Part shown: one piece after another, positions 58,493-64,000 of the stretch
How positions within the stretch are numbered: the stretch's first letter is position 1
How the letters are laid out: the number at the start of each line of letters is the position of its first letter
Assembly (NCBI GenBank): GCA_040755995.1
Contig: JBFMAF010000035.1
Span: forward strand, 32,001-96,000
Reading direction: 5' to 3'
DNA: 64,000 nt
Source of the DNA: Acidobacteriota bacterium
GTDB taxonomy: Bacteria > Acidobacteriota > CAIWXX01
Notes under the pieces: generated by a model
Database searches by the model: none
The model's input: the letters and a program-made list of their open reading frames with translations, nothing else
Told to the model about the DNA's origin: nothing
Made by a program: the position numbers and the translations under genes

Positions 58493-61400
58493 ATGATGAG
58501 CCTTTGGAAACGATTCTTCGGGAAGAAGGAACCAAGCGCCCGTAGGCTGGAATCGAACAGGTCCACGGCCATTCAGTCGGGTGTGCCTGTCACGGCGTCT
58601 GGCGACGGTGCGAATCCATCCCGGCCCGGCACTGCAGCTGTTCCCCCGCAGTCCCAGGTCTCGGGACTTGCGGGAACTCCGCTCACGGGTCCCGGTTCGG
58701 CGCCCGTCGCTGGCAACCGGCGCATCCGCGTCTTCGTCTCCTCCACATTCCGCGACATGGTCGAGGATCGCAACCAGCTGATGACCCACGCATGGCCGGC
58801 GCTTCGCCGGCTTTGCCGGGAACGTCAGGTAGAATTCGTCGAGGTGGACTTGCGCTGGGGCATCACCGAAGCCCAGAGCACTCGCAGGGAAACTCTCAAG
58901 CTCTGTCTCGATGAGATTCGTGCCTGCCGCCCCTTTTTCATCTGTATGCTGGGCGAGCGATACGGCTGGGTCCCCGGAGACGATGCCTTCACGGAGGACT
59001 TGAAGGAGGAACAGCCCTGGCTTGCCGGCCTACGAGGGAAGAGCGTGACCGAGATGGAAATCCTCCACGGCGTGCTCAACAATCCCGAGATGGTTCAGCG
59101 CACCTTCTTCTACTTCCGCGATCCGGCCTACGCCAAGACACGGGGCTCCGACTACCTCTCCGATACTGAGGCGGATGCCGAAAAGCACGAGGCTCTCAAG
59201 GCGCTGATCCGCGACGTTTGCAGGACAAGGCACATTCCGCTCCGCGAGAACTACGCGGACCCAGGGCAGCTGGCTGCCATGGTGCTGGCGGATCTCTCGG
59301 CTGCGGTCGAGGCTCAGTTTCCCAAGGAAAGCATCCCAGACCCACTGAGCAAAGCAGCTCAGGAGCATGAGGCTTTCGCGGAAACCCGCCGCCGCACGTA
59401 CGTTGGGCGGGCGGAGTACTTCGAGGCGCTCGATCGACATGCCGTCAGCGGGGGGGGCCCGCTGGTCCTTCTCGGTGACTCGGGCAGCGGCAAATCCGCC
59501 CTTCTGGCCAACTGGTTGGCGCACTGGCGCCAAGGGCATCCGGAGGACTTCGTGGTGCAGCAATACGTCGGCGGCACTGCAGACAGCGCCAACCACTGGT
59601 GGTTGATGGGAAGGGTCATCGCAGAAATCAAGCGGTGGAGCGAGGACCCCGAGGCTCAGCCCAGCACGTGCGACGATATCCGCAGGGACTTCCCCCTCTG
59701 GCTGGCCAAGGCCAGGGCCAGGGCGGCGCACAAAGGCGTGCGCCTCATACTGGTGCTCGATGCGCTCAACCAGCTCGACGACCAGGACCACGCGCGGCTG
59801 CTCGGCTGGCTCCCGGAGCACCCATTCAGCGGCCCGTTGCGGCTGGTCGTCTCCACCTTGCCGGGCAAGTCCGGAGAGGACGATCCACTGTCGGCGATTC
59901 GCAAGCGTGGCTGGCAGGAGCTGCACATCGAGCCGCTGACGGTGGAAGAGCGCCGGCGGCTGATCGTCGACTACCTCGCCCGCTTCGGCAAGACCCTGGA
60001 TGAGCATCGCCTGGTCCGTTTGGCCTCGGCTGCCTCTGCCGACAACCCCCTGTATCTCAAGATTCTCCTGGATGATCTCCGTGTCACGGGGACCCATGAG
60101 CGCCTCCATCAGCGCCTCACTGACTACCTCGCCGCCACCGACATCCCGTCCCTGTTGCAGCAGGTGCTCGATCGCTATCAGCGCGACTACGAGCGCGACC
60201 GCCCGGGCCTTGTAGCGGATGTTCTGGGCCTCATCTTCGCGTCCCGGCGAGGGCTCTCGGAAACAGAGCTTCTGCAACTACTGCGACCCGCCGATCAGGC
60301 GCAACTGCCGCCGGCCATCTGGACGCTGCTGCGGGCTGCACTGGAGGACTCCCTGGTGGATCGCGGTGGGATACTCAACTTCGCCCATGAATTCCTTCGT
60401 AGAGCCGTGGGCAGAACCTTCGCGATAGATGAGAAGCGCTCCGCCACCCTGCGCCTGCAACTGGCCGACTACTTCGAGGCGCAGCCCATCACGGAGCGCT
60501 CTTGCGACGAACTACCCTGGCTCCTGAAGGAGACAGCCTCGCTCGACCGCCTCCGGAGCTGCCTGCTTCACATCGACCGTTTCCTCCTGATCAAGGAGCG
60601 CGACGAGCAGGAACTGCGCCGCTACTGGATCGAGGAACTGCGGGAGCGGCAGACGATGGGGAAGGCCTACCTCTCGAGCTTCGAAAGCTGGTCTGCGGAA
60701 TCGGGCCCCAGCGAACAGCGTATAGCGTTCGCGGCCAACGAGCTTGGTCTCTTCCTGCTTGATGCATCCCTTCACGCCGAGGCCGAGCCGCTCATGCGCC
60801 GCGCCCTAGAGACCGACGAGCGCGTATTCGGGGAAGACGAAGCTCCTGTCGGCAGGGATCTCAATGGCCTCGCCCTGTTGCTTAAGGCCACCAACCGGCT
60901 CGATGAGGCAGAGCGGTACATGCGCCGTGCAATTGACGTCTGTGAGTGGAGCTGTGGCGAGGGCCACCTAATGGCCGCCACAAGCCTCAACAACCTGGCG
61001 GGGTTGCTCGTGGATCGCGGTCGGCCAGAGGAGGCCAAACCGCTCATGCGCCGCGCCCTGGAGATAGATGAACTGAGCCTCGGAAAGGACCACCCAGTTG
61101 TCGCGAATGATCTAAACAACTTGGCAGGATTGCTGCATGAAACCGGCCACATCGCCGAGGCCGAACCGCTCATGCGCCGCGCCCTCGACATTCTTGAACG
61201 TGGTTTGGGGGAACACCACCCGGATGTCGGCAGAGTTTCGAACAATCTGGCACAGTTGCTACAGGATCGCGGACGGGGTCGCGAGGCCGAATCACTCATG
61301 CGGCGAGCCATCGAAATCGATGAACTGAGCTTCGGTGAAGATCATCCCTCCGTGGCCAGAGACATCAACAACTTGGTGGGTTTGCTCATCGATACCGGTC

Positions 61401-61984
61401 AGATCGAGGAAGCAGACCAGCTGATGCGCCGACCCCTCGAAATCGCCGAACGCTGTTTCGACGAACACCATCCGGTGGTCGCAAGATGCATCAACAACTT
61501 GGTACAGGCACTTCTGGCTACCAGCCAACTCGATGAGGCGCTACGCTACATGCGCCGCGCACTCGAAATCGCTGAGCACAACCTGGGAAAGTCCCACCCC
61601 GATATCGCCATGCATCTCGACCAAATGGCTTCTGTGCTTTCCAAGACTGGCCAGATCACTGAGGCGGAACATGTCATCCGCCGCGCAGTCGAAATCGCTG
61701 AATACAACCTCGGAGAGGACCACCCTGATGTCGCCACGAGGCTCTACAGACTGGCCGTATTGGTGTCCCTCCACAGCCCAGACAGAGCCGAGCCGCTCTT
61801 GTGCCGCGTGATGGAAATCCACATGAAGCATTCGCAGGCCACAGGGAATACGCGCCCACAACTGAATCAGAGCCTCCAAAACTATCGATTCCTGCTCGAG
61901 CAGCTAGGCTTTTCAGCTGAGCAGATTGCCCTCAAGATCGGCAGCACGGGGCGCAAGTATGGAATAAGGACGCCAGGGTGGTAA
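58493..61984 (+). CDS. DUF4062-NACHT/STAND-TPR NLR-like protein (NPHP3/TEP1-like architecture)
   Basis: RVFVSSTFRDM, VDLRWG, SVTEMEI, GDSGSGKS, LVLDALNQL, NPLYL; eight 42-aa TPR repeats. Confidence 0.92.
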   Translation: MMSLWKRFFGKKEPSARRLESNRSTAIQSGVPVTASGDGANPSRPGTAAVPPQSQVSGLAGTPLTGPGSAPVAGNRRIRVFVSSTFRDMVEDRNQLMTHAWPALRRLCRERQVEFVEVDLRWGITEAQSTRRETLKLCLDEIRACRPFFICMLGERYGWVPGDDAFTEDLKEEQPWLAGLRGKSVTEMEILHGVLNNPEMVQRTFFYFRDPAYAKTRGSDYLSDTEADAEKHEALKALIRDVCRTRHIPLRENYADPGQLAAMVLADLSAAVEAQFPKESIPDPLSKAAQEHEAFAETRRRTYVGRAEYFEALDRHAVSGGGPLVLLGDSGSGKSALLANWLAHWRQGHPEDFVVQQYVGGTADSANHWWLMGRVIAEIKRWSEDPEAQPSTCDDIRRDFPLWLAKARARAAHKGVRLILVLDALNQLDDQDHARLLGWLPEHPFSGPLRLVVSTLPGKSGEDDPLSAIRKRGWQELHIEPLTVEERRRLIVDYLARFGKTLDEHRLVRLASAASADNPLYLKILLDDLRVTGTHERLHQRLTDYLAATDIPSLLQQVLDRYQRDYERDRPGLVADVLGLIFASRRGLSETELLQLLRPADQAQLPPAIWTLLRAALEDSLVDRGGILNFAHEFLRRAVGRTFAIDEKRSATLRLQLADYFEAQPITERSCDELPWLLKETASLDRLRSCLLHIDRFLLIKERDEQELRRYWIEELRERQTMGKAYLSSFESWSAESGPSEQRIAFAANELGLFLLDASLHAEAEPLMRRALETDERVFGEDEAPVGRDLNGLALLLKATNRLDEAERYMRRAIDVCEWSCGEGHLMAATSLNNLAGLLVDRGRPEEAKPLMRRALEIDELSLGKDHPVVANDLNNLAGLLHETGHIAEAEPLMRRALDILERGLGEHHPDVGRVSNNLAQLLQDRGRGREAESLMRRAIEIDELSFGEDHPSVARDINNLVGLLIDTGQIEEADQLMRRPLEIAERCFDEHHPVVARCINNLVQALLATSQLDEALRYMRRALEIAEHNLGKSHPDIAMHLDQMASVLSKTGQITEAEHVIRRAVEIAEYNLGEDHPDVATRLYRLAVLVSLHSPDRAEPLLCRVMEIHMKHSQATGNTRPQLNQSLQNYRFLLEQLGFSAEQIALKIGSTGRKYGIRTPGW

Positions 61985-61990
61985 GAATCA

Positions 61991-62374
61991 ATGAGCCCTA
62001 AACCAAGGATTGCGGACGTGCAAGCGCATTTGATGAAGAAAAGAGGTGAAGGGGACTTCGCCGCCCAGCTGGCCGCCTACGGTGACCTTGGGCGGCTGTG
62101 GAGGCAGCAGGGCGCAGCTGCCAGGGCTGCCGAGAATTTCGAGAAAGCAATCCAAGTGGCCGTTCATCTCGAGAGATCAGACGAAATGTATTCGCTCTAC
62201 GAATCACTGATTTCCGCTCACCAGGATGCCGGCGACATGGATGGCGTCCTCGACGATTACACCATGCTGTTCGCCGCCCGGTCCAGCTGGTTCGCAGGTG
62301 CGAGAAGCCCCCAAGAGCCCGGCGCGGGGGGAAAAGGCACAGGTACTCCAGTGGGTGGTACGCGACCTCGGTGA
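61991..62374 (+). CDS. Short TPR-like protein, possibly truncated
   Basis: AYGDLGRLWRQQG..AAENFEKAI TPR; 3' part runs into DUF433 sequence in another frame. Confidence 0.55.
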   Translation: MSPKPRIADVQAHLMKKRGEGDFAAQLAAYGDLGRLWRQQGAAARAAENFEKAIQVAVHLERSDEMYSLYESLISAHQDAGDMDGVLDDYTMLFAARSSWFAGARSPQEPGAGGKGTGTPVGGTRPR

Positions 62375-62609
62375 CGCCTTCCCAGGTATAGACAGCGTTG
62401 CGGGTGTCTGCGGGGGCGAGCCATGCGTGGTCCGTACCAGGATCCCCGTCTGGCTGCTGGTCCAGGCAAGACAGCTGGGGATGAGCGAAGCGGAAATGCT
62501 GCGCGCCTACCCTACTCTGAGAGCGGAGGATCTGGCGAATGCCTGGGCCTGATATCGCGCTCATCGCGACGAAATCGAGCGGCAGATCCATGAGAACGAA
62601 GAGGCGTGA
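62319..62609 (+). pseudogene. DUF433 antitoxin remnant
   Basis: EKAQVLQWVVRDLG..GVCGGEPCVVRTRIPVW..YPTLRAEDLANAWA*YRAHRDEIE; no clear start, internal TGA at 62550. Confidence 0.8.
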
Positions 62610-62669
62610 GTGGCGCGCCTCTACTCCAACGAGAACTTCCCGCTGCCTGCTGTTGAGGAGCTGCGGCGC
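62610..62669 (+). pseudogene. DUF5615-like PIN toxin, first 20 codons only
   Basis: GTG directly after the DUF433 stop: ARLYSNENFPLPAVEELRR, then similarity ends at the WD40 gene's 3' end. Confidence 0.7.
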
Positions 62670-64000
62670 GTGTCGACGATGAAGGGGTTCAAGCGCAACG
62701 GGCGGCTGCAGTGCGGGCAGGAGGTTGCGAGGATGGGGTCTTGCCAGAGGGCGAGCGGTAGATCGAGAGAGGGACAGTGAGGCCCCGCAGTCGCAGGCAC
62801 GACGCCGCGAATGGCTGTGGCGATGTCCGATGGCAACTCGAATCGGCTCAGACACCATGCACAACGCACGGTGACAGCGTCGTCCCATCTGCCGCTCGAG
62901 AAATCAAACGCGATCGATGCCGTGACGGTCGGCAGGCTCAGCTGCAGACCGCGGGGCTCGAAGAAGACGACACGGCCGTCGCGGTCCCCAACTGCCAACA
63001 CCTGGCCGCGCCAAGCCAGCGCAGCGACACTCGCCGGGTGCGCGCAGAGCGCCTCACAGTGGCCGGTGCCCAGATCGAAAACGCGGAGAGTTCTGTCGAG
63101 ATTCCCACAAGCCAGGTAGCGTGCGTCGGCACTCAGCGCGAGGGCAATTGCCGCGTCACCGCCTGCCTGGAGTGTATGCCTGCACTGGCCAGTCCGGACG
63201 TCCCATACGCGAACGCTGCGATCACGACCTCCGGAGGCCAACTGCCGGCCATCCGCTGAGACAACCACGCTCTCGACCCAGCCTGTGTGCCCTTCGAGCA
63301 TCGCGATGGGGTGGCCATCTTCCAGCCGCCAGGAATAGACATTGCCGTTGTCAGTGCCGCAGAAAGCCACACACCCATCCGGCGAGAGCGCCAGGCTGTA
63401 AATCATCCCGTCGGGGCACTCGACAACTGCCCGCGACTGGCCCGTCACGATGTCCCACCACCGCAGCGTACGGTCCCAGCTGCCGCTGACAAGCGACCGG
63501 CCGTCCGGCGTCACGGCGATGCAGCTCACTTCTCCCCTGTGCCCCACGAACTCGCCTTCGCAGTCGCCCGTCGTCGCGTCCCACAGGCGCAGCATGGCGT
63601 CCTTGCTCGCCGAAATCACCTTGGAAGCATCCTGAGTGAATGCGACGGCGAACACCGTACCCGCGTGTCCGGGCAGCATCGCGTTGAGATTGGCGCTCTC
63701 TGTGTCCCAGATTCCGACGAGCATGTCTCTGCCGCCTGATGCGGCCCGCCGCGCGTCAGGTGACAGGGCCACGGTCTCCACCCAGTGTGAGTGTCGAGGC
63801 GAGAAGATCGTCGAGGAGCCATCGTGGATGTCCCATAGTCTTAGCGTGCCGTCCCTTCCCGCGGAAACGCCGAGGCGCCCATCGGCAGAGAGCGAAACGG
63901 CGAGGATCGTCTCGATATGTCCATACAGCACCTTGAGACATCTCCCTCGATCGACATCCCACACACGGACAGTTCTCTCGCTGCCGCCCGTGATGGCCAG
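62621..64000 (-). CDS. WD40-repeat protein with C-terminal zinc ribbon (5'-partial)
   Basis: About 8 GH..WD repeats; CAWC...CPHC..LRLNPF; frame open to the right edge. Confidence 0.9.
   Translation of the reverse strand: MAITGGSERTVRVWDVDRGRCLKVLYGHIETILAVSLSADGRLGVSAGRDGTLRLWDIHDGSSTIFSPRHSHWVETVALSPDARRAASGGRDMLVGIWDTESANLNAMLPGHAGTVFAVAFTQDASKVISASKDAMLRLWDATTGDCEGEFVGHRGEVSCIAVTPDGRSLVSGSWDRTLRWWDIVTGQSRAVVECPDGMIYSLALSPDGCVAFCGTDNGNVYSWRLEDGHPIAMLEGHTGWVESVVVSADGRQLASGGRDRSVRVWDVRTGQCRHTLQAGGDAAIALALSADARYLACGNLDRTLRVFDLGTGHCEALCAHPASVAALAWRGQVLAVGDRDGRVVFFEPRGLQLSLPTVTASIAFDFSSGRWDDAVTVRCAWCLSRFELPSDIATAIRGVVPATAGPHCPSLDLPLALWQDPILATSCPHCSRPLRLNPFIVDTRRSSSTAGSGKFSLE

Noticed and set aside
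62550..62552. In-frame TGA in DUF433 as a selenocysteine codon
   Set aside because: The position corresponds to an aromatic residue (AWAYY-type), not Cys; the gene also lacks a start and its toxin is truncated, so nonsense decay is more likely

Overview
GC-rich bacterial DNA; the gene content is compatible with Acidobacteriota, but that is inference. About 1-40.7 kb is mostly core or household: a MoxR/DUF58 cluster, porin, tyrS, der, peptidases, a 19-heme cytochrome c-cytochrome b fusion, gap-pgk-tpiA-secG and mazG. This part also holds a 73-aa glutaredoxin-like selenoprotein with two in-frame UGA codons (21967-22188, absent from the ORF track) and many intergenic 6/7/8-bp tandem-repeat arrays, two of which flank a four-helix-bundle gene as inverted repeats. 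From about 40.8 kb to the end is an accessory island. (i) A four-gene operon behind a sigma-54-type promoter: ClpB-like AAA+ with atypical Walker B, MoxR/CobS-like AAA+ with atypical Walker B, vWA protein and an unknown protein. It is divergent from an HTH-less, apparently damaged enhancer-binding protein and is the best candidate for an undescribed system. (ii) A frameshifted TIR remnant. (iii) DUF4062-NACHT/STAND NLR-like genes with TPR/ankyrin sensors, ankyrin partner genes and a partial WD40 gene. (iv) A sigma-54-driven surface protein. (v) A broken DUF433/PIN toxin-antitoxin remnant. No rRNA, tRNA, CRISPR or integrase was recognised. All domain calls come from motif recognition by eye, not from database searches.
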